From: a bacterium
GTDB taxonomy: Bacteria; UBA10199; 2-02-FULL-44-16; JAAZCA01
Assembly (NCBI GenBank): GCA_963674695.2
Contig: CAXXGI010000002.1
Span: 544,001 to 608,000, forward strand
Length of the DNA stretch: 64,000 nucleotides
Reading direction: 5' to 3'
Shown one piece after another: positions 47,510 through 55,968 of this stretch. The first letter of the stretch is position 1. The number at the start of each line of letters is the position of its first letter. Below the pieces are notes generated by a model. The model saw nothing but the letters and a program-made list of their open reading frames with translations. It did no database searches and was not told where the DNA came from. A program made the translations under genes and the position numbers.

Positions 47510-47799
47510 ATGATCAGGCCGGTTGGAAGACCTCATTTGTACGTTTCCGCAGTGCAGGCCAAACCCTTCCCTTCGTCGTGAGGGCGCGCTTCGCTCGCTA
47601 CCCCTTGCAAAAAATCCGTTGCCCTCATCACCATTGAGGATCCTCCTTCGTCGGCTCTCAATGTTGTGAGGCCAATCGGATTTTATTGCTTCGGGATACG
47701 CTCGTCTCGCAAACGCGCCTTGATACTCCTCCGGGAAGGGTCCGGCCTGCACTGCGGAAGAAGGGCTCAGAAATGAGGTCTTCCAACCGGCCTGATCAT
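47510..47799. mobile_element. 290-bp long-hairpin MITE-like element
   Basis: Perfect 29-bp terminal inverted repeats ATGATCAGGCCGGTTGGAAGACCTCATTT; inner arms TTCCGCAGTGCAGGCC/GGCCTGCACTGCGGAA and ACCCTTCCC/GGGAAGGGT. Confidence 0.75.
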
Positions 47800-47858
47800 G
47801 AACAGCTTATCGCATCGCAGGCCAAACGCTTCCCGTCGATGTGATACAGATCTCTTGA

Positions 47859-48006
47859 AGACAGCGTCCGGCAGTGTGTTTGGAGGGGATCTCTTCTTTC
47901 ATCGCAATCGAAGCCTCTAATGCTGCGATGAAAGAAGAAAAAGCCGTCGAGGCGGCGTTTGAGCCGAGATGGCGGTCCCCGTAAAACACACTGCCGGACG
48001 CTGTCT
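47859..48006. repeat. Palindromic element, copy A (96-bp core shared with 49209-49358)
   Basis: Outer IR AGACAGCGTCCGGCAGTGTGTTT; core 47885-47980. Confidence 0.85.
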
Positions 48007-48068
48007 CACTTGTGCTCCATGTTTTTCCGCGATTGACTCTCGTGCGTTGGCTGTGGTTCACTGGCGGC

Positions 48069-49142
48069 ATGACACCGACACTGAGCCTCTCTCGTTTTCC
48101 GACCGACATTGCGTTTGATTCGGCCGTCACCGTACTGGCGCATGCGCCGGGGTTTGTCGCCATCGATGGGCGGGGAGCCGTTGGGCGCGATGGCCGATTC
48201 TCCGTCGTGGCCAAAGCGCCCACGCGCACCTTTCGTCTCGCGGGCGGCTTCATCATCACCGATGGTCATCCCACGATCGATACGCCGGCCGAGGCGCTGG
48301 CGCGTTTTTTCGAGGAGACGGCGCGTTTTCCCTATGATGCCAATCTCCCGTTTTCGGGCGGGGCGATCGGTTTCGTCGGGTTCGAGGGCGCGGCGGCGTT
48401 GCGCGGGTTTGAACCGGCCCAGGGTTTTTCCCGTCTGCCCCAGTGTCAGTTCGGTATCTACGATACGGCATTCGTCTTCGATCATGCCGAGGGGACGGCC
48501 TCGATTGTTGTCGCCGCCTCCAGTGAATATGCGGCCAGGCGCCGTGCACTGGTGTTGGAGGATGAGGTCAACTCCTGGCGTCCTCCCGCAGGGCCGGAGT
48601 CGTTCGATCCGCTGGCCGCGCAGGAAATCCGCTCGTTCCCCGATACGAACACGTTGCGCGGGCTCGCGCACGATGCACACAGCTGGGTTCGTTCCGAGGT
48701 GCTCTCGCACGTCCACCTGGTGCGCCATCGCGAAACCCCGGCCGATGCGCGCAGCATCGTCGCGTCGTTCCTGCAGGCTTCGTCGTCCGGTTCGGTGCGC
48801 GCGCTTTTCATGCACGAAGGGGCGGGGTTCATTCTGGAATCCGGCGAAGGCGCCGTGCGCGCATACGGCGACCATGCGGAATGTACCGCGTCGTTCATCG
48901 GGCAGTTTCCGTCGGCAGCGCTTACCGGTGCGCCGCTCGATCGTGCCTATACCTTTCTGCATCGGCACGAATCGACGCATCGCCAGTTCTACGGCGGTGG
49001 TTTCGGATGCGTCGAAAAGGGCGCCTGCTCGTTTCGCACGACCCAGCGCGCCGAGATCTTCGCCGATGGACTCAAACGCACGACCTCCGGCGTCGACCTG
49101 ACGGCCTCGTCCGATCCCGCACAATGCTGGGTCATCTCCTAA
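48069..49142 (+). CDS. Degenerate anthranilate synthase component I / PabB-like protein
   Basis: LPFSGGAIGFVGFE, FPSAALTGAP, HESTHRQFYGGGFG; shortened C-terminal domain; start uncertain. Confidence 0.7.
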   Translation: MTPTLSLSRFPTDIAFDSAVTVLAHAPGFVAIDGRGAVGRDGRFSVVAKAPTRTFRLAGGFIITDGHPTIDTPAEALARFFEETARFPYDANLPFSGGAIGFVGFEGAAALRGFEPAQGFSRLPQCQFGIYDTAFVFDHAEGTASIVVAASSEYAARRRALVLEDEVNSWRPPAGPESFDPLAAQEIRSFPDTNTLRGLAHDAHSWVRSEVLSHVHLVRHRETPADARSIVASFLQASSSGSVRALFMHEGAGFILESGEGAVRAYGDHAECTASFIGQFPSAALTGAPLDRAYTFLHRHESTHRQFYGGGFGCVEKGACSFRTTQRAEIFADGLKRTTSGVDLTASSDPAQCWVIS

Positions 49143-49208
49143 AAGATTTGATTCCCCATTTTCCGTTTGGTCATACGTTCCATGCGTTGAAAGGGTCGGT
49201 TTCACGTG

Positions 49209-49358
49209 ACCCCTTCATGCGGATAGATATGTGCAGGGGATCTCTTCTTTCATCGCGATCGAAGCCTCTAATGCTGCGATGAAAGAAGAAAAAGCCGTCG
49301 AGGCGGCGTTTGAGCCGAGACGGCGGTCCCCGAAACATATCTATCCGCATGAAGGGGT
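49209..49358. repeat. Palindromic element, copy B
   Basis: Perfect 24-bp outer IR ACCCCTTCATGCGGATAGATATGT; core 49236-49331 differs from copy A at two positions. Confidence 0.85.
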
Positions 49359-49422
49359 GAAGGAAGCGCGTGCAGATGCCGCATTCGTTTTCAAACGCGC
49401 ACGGCTGTGGTAAGGGATCGGT

Positions 49423-51126
49423 ATGGGCCACGTCATTCTGCGCGATCTGCTGATCATCCTCGCCGTTGCCGTCCCGTCGGTGCTCATCGCCCATCGGCTG
49501 CGCCTTCCCTCCATCGTGGGCTTTCTCATCACCGGTGCCATCATCGGCCCGAATGCGCTCGGCCTTATCCCCGACATCGCCGAGATTCGTCTGCTCGCCG
49601 AGGTGGGCGTGGCCCTCCTGCTCTTCTCCATCGGGCTCGAGTTCAGCTTCGATCGTCTGCGCGGGTGGGGGCATCAGGCCATCGGCATGGGGTCGCTGCA
49701 GATCCTTTTGACCATCGGCGCGGGTTTTGGCTTGGGATGGGTCTTCGGTCGATCGATGGCCGAGAGCCTCATCCTCGGCTGTGCCATTGCGCTCTCCTCG
49801 ACGGCGATCGTGCTCTCCATCCTCTCGCAGCGGCGCTGGTACGATTCGCCGGCGGGGCGTCTCTCCACGGGCATGCTGATTCTGCAGGATCTGGCGGTGG
49901 TGCCGATGATGGTGGGGCTCTCCATCGCTGGCGATGCAACCGTGATGAACACCGCCCAGACCGTGCAGATCGCAGCGCTCAAACTGGCGCTGTTGGCGGT
50001 GGTTTTTCTCCTGGCGCGATGGCTCCTCTCGCCGTTGCTGCGCTTCATCGCGCGCTCCGGCAGCAAGGAGCTCTTCGTCGTGGCCATCGTGATGATCGCC
50101 ATCGGCGCGGGCTATGCCTCCGATCGCGCGGGCATCTCGTTTGCCATCGGCGCCTTTCTCGCGGGGATCCTCGTCTCCACGACCGACTTTCGCTTTCAGG
50201 CGCTCTCGGAGATCGCCCCTTTTCGCTACTGTTTCAGCGGTCTCTTCTTCGTCGCGGTCGGCATGATCGTCGACCCCGTCTTCATGGTCCACAATGCGCT
50301 CTACGTCGGTGCGCTCATCGGCTTCATCCTGATCGTGAAGGCGCTGATCGTCGGCGGCTGCGTCGTCATCTTCGGCTATCCCTTGAGCGTGGCGACCATC
50401 GGGGGACTCATGCTCGCGCAGGTCGGAGAGTTCTCCTTTCTCTTCGTCTTTTCCGCGCGCATGTTGGGGCTTCTCAACGCCGAACTCTATCAGTTGATCG
50501 TTGCAGCTTCCGTCGTGACGATGCTGGTGGCGCCGCTGCTCATGTCGTTGGCACCAAAGCTGGGTGAGCGACTGGCGCACGTCAGTTGGCGTTGCCCGCG
50601 GTTTCGCAAACGCTTTCGCATCAGCGCGCCTGACGAGGAGGGGCGTCCCTCGGGGCATGCTATCATCTGCGGCTTTGGCACGTTGGGTATGACCATCGGG
50701 CATCTGCTTCGTGAACGAAGCATCGACTATGTTGTGCTCGAGCTCAACCCGACCACGGTCGAGCGCCTCCGCCGTAAGGGCGATCGCGTCTATTTCGGCG
50801 ATGGCGCCAGCTCGGAGCTTCTGCATCACAGCGGCATCGATCAGGCGCGGCTCTTGGCCATCGCTGTTCCCGATCAGCTCAACGCCCGTGCGATCGTCAC
50901 CCGCGCGCGGAAAATGAACCCCGACCTCTTCATCATCGTGCGCAGCCGCTATCGCAATCAGGTCGACAGCTTCTATGCGGTCGGGGCCGATGTCGTCGTC
51001 TGCGAGGAGTTGGAGGCGGGCATCGAGATGGGCCGCTATCTCCTGCAGGAGCTGGGTGTTGAGCCCGATGAGGTCCACCGCACGATCGATGCGATTCGCG
51101 CCTTCGGCAGCGCCGACTTTTTCTGA
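49423..51126 (+). CDS. Cation:proton antiporter, CPA2/Kef type with TrkA-N domain
   Basis: LLAEVGVALLLFSIGLEFS, LSSTAIV, GMLILQDL, LAQVGEFSF, IICGFGTLG, YFGDG. Confidence 0.95.
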   Translation: MGHVILRDLLIILAVAVPSVLIAHRLRLPSIVGFLITGAIIGPNALGLIPDIAEIRLLAEVGVALLLFSIGLEFSFDRLRGWGHQAIGMGSLQILLTIGAGFGLGWVFGRSMAESLILGCAIALSSTAIVLSILSQRRWYDSPAGRLSTGMLILQDLAVVPMMVGLSIAGDATVMNTAQTVQIAALKLALLAVVFLLARWLLSPLLRFIARSGSKELFVVAIVMIAIGAGYASDRAGISFAIGAFLAGILVSTTDFRFQALSEIAPFRYCFSGLFFVAVGMIVDPVFMVHNALYVGALIGFILIVKALIVGGCVVIFGYPLSVATIGGLMLAQVGEFSFLFVFSARMLGLLNAELYQLIVAASVVTMLVAPLLMSLAPKLGERLAHVSWRCPRFRKRFRISAPDEEGRPSGHAIICGFGTLGMTIGHLLRERSIDYVVLELNPTTVERLRRKGDRVYFGDGASSELLHHSGIDQARLLAIAVPDQLNARAIVTRARKMNPDLFIIVRSRYRNQVDSFYAVGADVVVCEELEAGIEMGRYLLQELGVEPDEVHRTIDAIRAFGSADFF

Positions 51127-51272
51127 TGGTTCGTTTGCACTTTAACATATTGATATATATGGAATTATTGACTTTTGAGAGGCATTTTTTGTCATCAGGA
51201 GGGGTTATAGGAGTAATTTGCAGTTATAACAAGATCTCGGTATAAGTAGATATAACTTAGTAGAGTCATTAA

Positions 51273-51866
51273 CTTCCCCTCGTTCTTGTTGGGGCCGGTT
51301 TGCCCATACTCACCAGGCTTGCCGGTGAATCGAAATCATACGCGGAGCGGCTCTTTGATTTTCCGACGATCGGACCGCTTTTCTTGCCCGATGTGCGAAA
51401 GGCGTTGCGGGATCCCGTGAGAAAGGCCGATGTTGATTTTACCAATGATGCCATCGATGAAATCGTCCGTATGACGGAGGGGTATCCATATTTTATTCAG
51501 GAGTGGGGCTATCAGTCATGGAACCATGCGGAACGATCGCCCATTACTCTCGAGGATGTTCAGTGTGCGACGGAAAAAGTTATCAATCGTCTCGATGCCA
51601 ATTTTTTTCGAGTTCGCTTCGACCGCTTGACGCCGCGTGAGAAAGAATATCTGTGTGCTATGGCCCATCTTGGTCCAAACGCTCACCGTGCGGGCGACAT
51701 CGCCACCGTGCTTGGTGTCAAGGTCAACAGCTTGGACCCAATTCGCGCGAGATTGATCAATAAAGGGATGGTTTACAGTCCGAGGTACGGCGAGTTGGCC
51801 TTTACCGTTCCCCTCTTCGATGATTTTATGCAACGCGCCATGCCGAAGTTTGCATCCCATCCATAG
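51273..51866 (+). pseudogene. 5'-truncated AAA-ATPase/wHTH gene fragment
   Basis: The frame begins after TAA (51270) with LPLVLVGAGLP...YAERLF...TEGYPYFIQEWG...LINKGMVYSPRYG.LAFTVPLF; no Walker A, no RBS. Confidence 0.7.
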
Positions 51867-51906
51867 AACTTTCCTGGAATCGCATGGTTTTCATCAAATG
51901 ACCGAT

Positions 51907-52009
51907 GGGCATCTCTAAAAACCTGTCTTTTGGTTGTCACCCCCGCCTGCCCTGACCTTACCCCATGCGGGAATGACAAAACCAAAAAAAGCAGTTTTTA
52001 GAGGTACCC
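51907..52009. mobile_element. MITE-like element: GGGCA(T)CTCTAAAAAC ends around a degenerate dRS3-like hairpin
   Basis: Ends match 22631-22760; inner TGTCACCCCCGC...GCGGGAATGACA at 51935-51978. Confidence 0.65.
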
Positions 52010-52235
52010 CGATGAGATTGAAACTTCTTCATTTAATCATTTTGAAGCAGCGATCGAAGGAAAATGAGGGAGATTATCTTTTCCACCTCATCGCACACTT
52101 TGTTCGCTCGCTCGAACTTCACTTTCTGAAGCGAGTATGGTTGTGAGTGGAAGTCCAAACGCTTTACACCCTTTCATTCGTGATGCTATCCCTCGGCTTC
52201 ATCTGCAGTCAAACCACTCTTTTAAGGAGGCCGGA

Positions 52236-53492
52236 ATGACGATCGACAAGCACAATCCCTTTCAGATCGCCCAGCAGCAGCTCGATGAAGCCGCAAAGCT
52301 CTTGGGCATGGATCCCGGAACGCATGCGGCGCTTCGCGAACCGATGCGCGAGCTGCATGTCTCTCTGCCCGTCAAGATGGACAATGGCGAGACGCGCGTC
52401 TTCAAGGGATTTCGCGTACAGTATAACGATGCCCGCGGACCGACCAAGGGGGGCTTGCGCTTTCACCCGGAGGAGACCATCGATACGGTGCGCGCGCTCG
52501 CGGCCTGGATGACCTGGAAGTGCGCGGTCGTCGACATTCCGCTGGGCGGCGGCAAGGGTGGCATCATCTGCAACCCGAAGGAGATGAGCCCGAATGAGCT
52601 TGAGCGTTTGTCGCGTCAATACATCCGTCAGGTCGGTCGCATGATCGGGCCGGAGAAGGATTGCCCCGCGCCGGACGTCTATACCACGCCGCAGATCATG
52701 GCCTGGATGATGGATGAGTATTACTGGCAGAAGGGGTACAACGTGCCGGGCGTGATCACGGGAAAACCGCTTCCGGTCGGTGGTTCGAAGGGGCGCAACG
52801 ATGCGACCGCGCGAGGCGGTGTCTACTGCGTGCGCGAGGCGGCCCGTGCGCTGAAGATCGATGCCGCAAACGCGACCTATGCGGTCCAGGGGTTCGGTAA
52901 TGCCGGGCAGTATGCGGCGACGCTGATGAATGAGATTCTCGGTGCCAAGAAGTTGCTCGCCGTCTCCGATTCGCGCGGCGGTGTCTTCAACCCCGAGGGG
53001 ATCGATGCCGAGCAGATCGTGAAGTACAAGCTCGAGACCGGAAAGGTCGAGGGCTTTCCCGGGACCAAGCCGATCACGAACGAAGAGCTCTTGGAGCTCA
53101 ACGTCGACATCCTCTTTCCGGCGGCGCTCGAGAACTGCATCACCGAAAAAAACGCGGGCAACATTCGCGCGAAGATCATCGCGGAGTTGGCCAATGGTCC
53201 GACCACCCCGGATGCCGATCGCATCCTGCACGAGAAGGGCATCTACGTCATTCCGGATTTCTTGTGCAACGCCGGTGGCGTGACCGTCTCCTATTTCGAG
53301 ATGGTGCAGAACAACACGAACTTCTACTGGGAGTTGCCCGAAGTGCATCAGCGTCTCGACGAGAAGATGACCTCGGCCTTCACGGCGGTGCACGAGATGC
53401 GCGAGAAGCAAAAGGTGCACACCCGGGTCGCGGCCTACCTCGTTGCGATCCAGCGCGTGGCCGAGGCGATGAAGCTGCGCGGGTGGGTGTAG
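52236..53492 (+). CDS. gdhA: Glutamate dehydrogenase (Glu/Leu/Phe/Val dehydrogenase family)
   Basis: Start ATG 52236 (RBS AAGGAGG); [53 protein letters not shown]. Confidence 0.95.
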   Translation: MTIDKHNPFQIAQQQLDEAAKLLGMDPGTHAALREPMRELHVSLPVKMDNGETRVFKGFRVQYNDARGPTKGGLRFHPEETIDTVRALAAWMTWKCAVVDIPLGGGKGGIICNPKEMSPNELERLSRQYIRQVGRMIGPEKDCPAPDVYTTPQIMAWMMDEYYWQKGYNVPGVITGKPLPVGGSKGRNDATARGGVYCVREAARALKIDAANATYAVQGFGNAGQYAATLMNEILGAKKLLAVSDSRGGVFNPEGIDAEQIVKYKLETGKVEGFPGTKPITNEELLELNVDILFPAALENCITEKNAGNIRAKIIAELANGPTTPDADRILHEKGIYVIPDFLCNAGGVTVSYFEMVQNNTNFYWELPEVHQRLDEKMTSAFTAVHEMREKQKVHTRVAAYLVAIQRVAEAMKLRGWV

Positions 53493-53620
53493 GCCAGTCA
53501 GGCCAGTCAGGCGAGACAGATAGAGATTGTCATTCCCGCGAAAGCGGGAATCTCGCTTTTGCTGATACATCGAGATCCCCGCTTTCGCGGGGATGACAAT
53601 CAAGGGTTGTCAGTAATCTG
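53491..53620. repeat. Nonamer repeat (AGGCCAGTC), dRS3-like double hairpin (53528-53598) and a GTCAGTAATCTG end
   Basis: Read directly; the same nonamer occurs inside hemW. Confidence 0.8.
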
Positions 53621-53652
53621 GCGGGCGGGGCGAAAACCCCGCCCGCTTTTTT
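53621..53652 (+). terminator. Intrinsic terminator after gdhA
   Basis: GCGGGCGGGG-CGAAAA-CCCCGCCCGC-TTTTTT. Confidence 0.85.
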
Positions 53653-53718
53653 CTCTTCGAGCGGTGTCATCCTCGTAACCCTATGAAATAACTAAAATAA
53701 AAACCTGCAAAATAGAAC

Positions 53719-53745
53719 GCAACATTTTCGCTCATCGGACGAGAA
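53719..53745 (+). promoter_or_regulatory. Sigma-28-like promoter motif
   Basis: GCAACA-N13-GACGAGAA, ~63 nt before ATG 53809. Confidence 0.5.
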
Positions 53746-53808
53746 CCCTTATGGACATTTTGACATTGCCATCGGGCCTCCCTGCGGGGGCTCCAAGGAG
53801 GGTTCCTC

Positions 53809-55581
53809 ATGAGTGGGATAAGTTGCATGTCGAGCGATGTGCGTGAAGCGGGTGCCGGTTTTGGGGTCAGCGGTCTCGATGCTGATTCCTTTGAAGTGCT
53901 CAAACAGTTTTGGCTGAAATCCTATTTTTCCAGCAATAGCGAGGCCGCCGCCGATATCGACGAGTGGGATTGCCTCTCCTCGAACGATCCGAACGATTTT
54001 TCGCGCGTCACCTTCGACGACATCTGTCACGAGGATACGTTTTTCACCTCGGTTGATCGCACATTCGCCAATCAGTCCTATGACAGCGCCGATGGATTGG
54101 ACGACGGCTCCGAGCAGAAAAAAATCTTCGACGGGCTCACTGAGGTCAAGGCGGACCGCTGGTTTCCGACGACGGTCTATTACTTCGGCGCCCTGCGCGA
54201 CATGGCCACCATGCGCGACCTGGTGATCGAGAAGGGAAAGAATGCCGGGAGCAAAGAGACGGTCGCCAAAATTTCGGATGAGGAAAAGCGCGACGCCGCA
54301 GCCAGGGCCCTCGATCGCAAGGAGGCAGTCGAGAAATATACGGCAGCGATGATGACCTCGTTTCAAAAACATGCGGGCGGACCGAATCCGTGGGATGGGA
54401 TGCGGGAACTCATCGAATCGATCGCTCCGCGTTCGCTGAATCGTGGACCGATGTCTACGGCGAGTAACGCGCTCAATGCAGGAAACAAGCCCTTCAGCGA
54501 TGTGCTCGAAGCGGCCTGGGCGTTCAACAAAGCCGACACGATGGGGCTCACTACCATCCTGCTCGCGCGCGAGGCGGAAGCGGATCTGCGCGCGGCCATC
54601 GATGCCTTCTTCTGTAAATCGCCCGCGTCGATCGCCGCCTTCGAGGAGGAGCGTGCGCGCCTGATCGGGTATGTGCTTGCCGCGGAAGAACGTTTCATCA
54701 GTGTAATCGATCAGCATGGGGCGAATGCCGTCGGCAAAATCGAGCTCTTCGCCGAAATGGCGCGCATGATCGAGCGCGAGACGACGCTCACGCGCGTCTG
54801 CGACGGCTCCAATCGCCTGGCAAAAACGCTGCGCCGCAAGCTCAATGCCGTCGCCAAACCTCTGAAAACCAAGATCGCGACGATTCGTCAGGACGATTCG
54901 TTCGACCTGAATACGGTGAAGGGGCATCTGAGCGCGGCGCGCAATCTTCTCTCCGGGCACATCACCCCAGCGGGCACCGTGCGCGCGAACCTGAATGCGC
55001 GGCAGCGGGCAATCGCGGAAGCGCTCGTGCAGATGATCGAGACGATGGATCGGGGGCTGGGGATCTTCGGCCTCGAGTGCAAGCCGTGGGCATATCCGAA
55101 CGCCGACTATACGAAGTGCATCATCACCGAGGGCAGCTGTGCCAAGGTCGATGCCGTTCTCGAGGGGGGGAAATGCGTCTGCCCGCCGGGGAAGGGTTGG
55201 AGCAGCGACGATCCGGAAACGGCCACCTGCATTCCAACAAAGGAGGCCTGCTTCGAGGCCGAGATGGGATGGGATGCCTCGGCCAAGGTCTGTATCGATT
55301 GCGCCTCGGTAAACAAGGTCTTCCGAAAGAACAAGGGATGCGTCGATCGGTCTGTGAAAAAAACAACGAAGCCAAGGGGAGGGGCGAAGAAGAAGGCGGA
55401 TGCCCCACCGCCGCCGCCGCAGGATGATGCCCCGAAGCCCAAGAAGTGTGTGAAGCCCAAGACCGCCACCGCCGGCGAGCGCTTTGGATTCTCCCCCAAG
55501 GAGAGCGAGGCCTACAAGGGCAAGCAGGTCGAGTATCGCAAGTGCCTGAAGCACAATCGGAGCCTGAAGCAACAGCAATAA
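53809..55581 (+). CDS. Orphan protein with helical core and Cys-rich/Pro-rich C-terminus (paralogue A)
   Basis: RBS AAGGAGG; shares SNDP..V.FDDIC, WF..T.YYFGA.R, WDGM.ELIE and TA.ERF with the next gene; no signal peptide. Confidence 0.85.
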   Translation: MSGISCMSSDVREAGAGFGVSGLDADSFEVLKQFWLKSYFSSNSEAAADIDEWDCLSSNDPNDFSRVTFDDICHEDTFFTSVDRTFANQSYDSADGLDDGSEQKKIFDGLTEVKADRWFPTTVYYFGALRDMATMRDLVIEKGKNAGSKETVAKISDEEKRDAAARALDRKEAVEKYTAAMMTSFQKHAGGPNPWDGMRELIESIAPRSLNRGPMSTASNALNAGNKPFSDVLEAAWAFNKADTMGLTTILLAREAEADLRAAIDAFFCKSPASIAAFEEERARLIGYVLAAEERFISVIDQHGANAVGKIELFAEMARMIERETTLTRVCDGSNRLAKTLRRKLNAVAKPLKTKIATIRQDDSFDLNTVKGHLSAARNLLSGHITPAGTVRANLNARQRAIAEALVQMIETMDRGLGIFGLECKPWAYPNADYTKCIITEGSCAKVDAVLEGGKCVCPPGKGWSSDDPETATCIPTKEACFEAEMGWDASAKVCIDCASVNKVFRKNKGCVDRSVKKTTKPRGGAKKKADAPPPPPQDDAPKPKKCVKPKTATAGERFGFSPKESEAYKGKQVEYRKCLKHNRSLKQQQ

Positions 55582-55609
55582 GATGATGATTGAAGTCGAA
55601 TCGACGTTG

Positions 55610-55645
55610 CGGGATGGATCGAGCCTCTTCGATCCATCCCGTTTT
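55610..55645 (+). terminator. Intrinsic terminator
   Basis: CGGGATGGATCGA...TCGATCCATCCCG-TTTT. Confidence 0.75.
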
Positions 55646-55706
55646 CTATTCCAGGGCGTCTCCTCATTTGACTGCAACCTCCTCAAACAAAAGAAGACTT
55701 GATTGT

Positions 55707-55777
55707 TGTCATCCCCGCGAACGCGGGGATCTCGATCTGTTGTGTAAAGCGAGATTCCCGTTTTCACGGGAATGACA
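55707..55777. repeat. dRS3-like double hairpin
   Basis: TGTCATCCCCGCGAACGCGGGGATCTCG...CGAGATTCCCG...CGGGAATGACA. Confidence 0.8.
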
Positions 55778-55877
55778 CCTTAGAGACTGAGGATATGCCA
55801 TAACCCGCTCATTTTTCACCGCAAAATAGAAATGTCCCTAACTACCTGAAATAACTTGTAAATTCCCCAAAAAGTGC

Positions 55878-55904
55878 GCAACAAATGGCAGCCGATACCG
55901 ATAA
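55878..55904 (+). promoter_or_regulatory. Sigma-28-like promoter motif
   Basis: GCAACA-N13-ACCGATAA, ~64 nt before ATG 55969. Confidence 0.65.
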
Positions 55905-55968
55905 GACAGGTGGAAGGGCACGGGCGCTGCCGGTCGGCGGTGTTTCTCTATCATCAAGGAGGGGTTCA

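Noticed and set aside
47808-47834. Sixth sigma-28-like motif (GGAAGC-N13-TGCGATAA, minus strand)
   Set aside because: Poor upstream box and no gene directly downstream; it points into the hairpin element, so it was not counted.
49171-55767. 635-, 464- and 672-aa minus-strand ORFs
   Set aside because: Antisense to the antiporter, gdhA and orphan A; no independent evidence.
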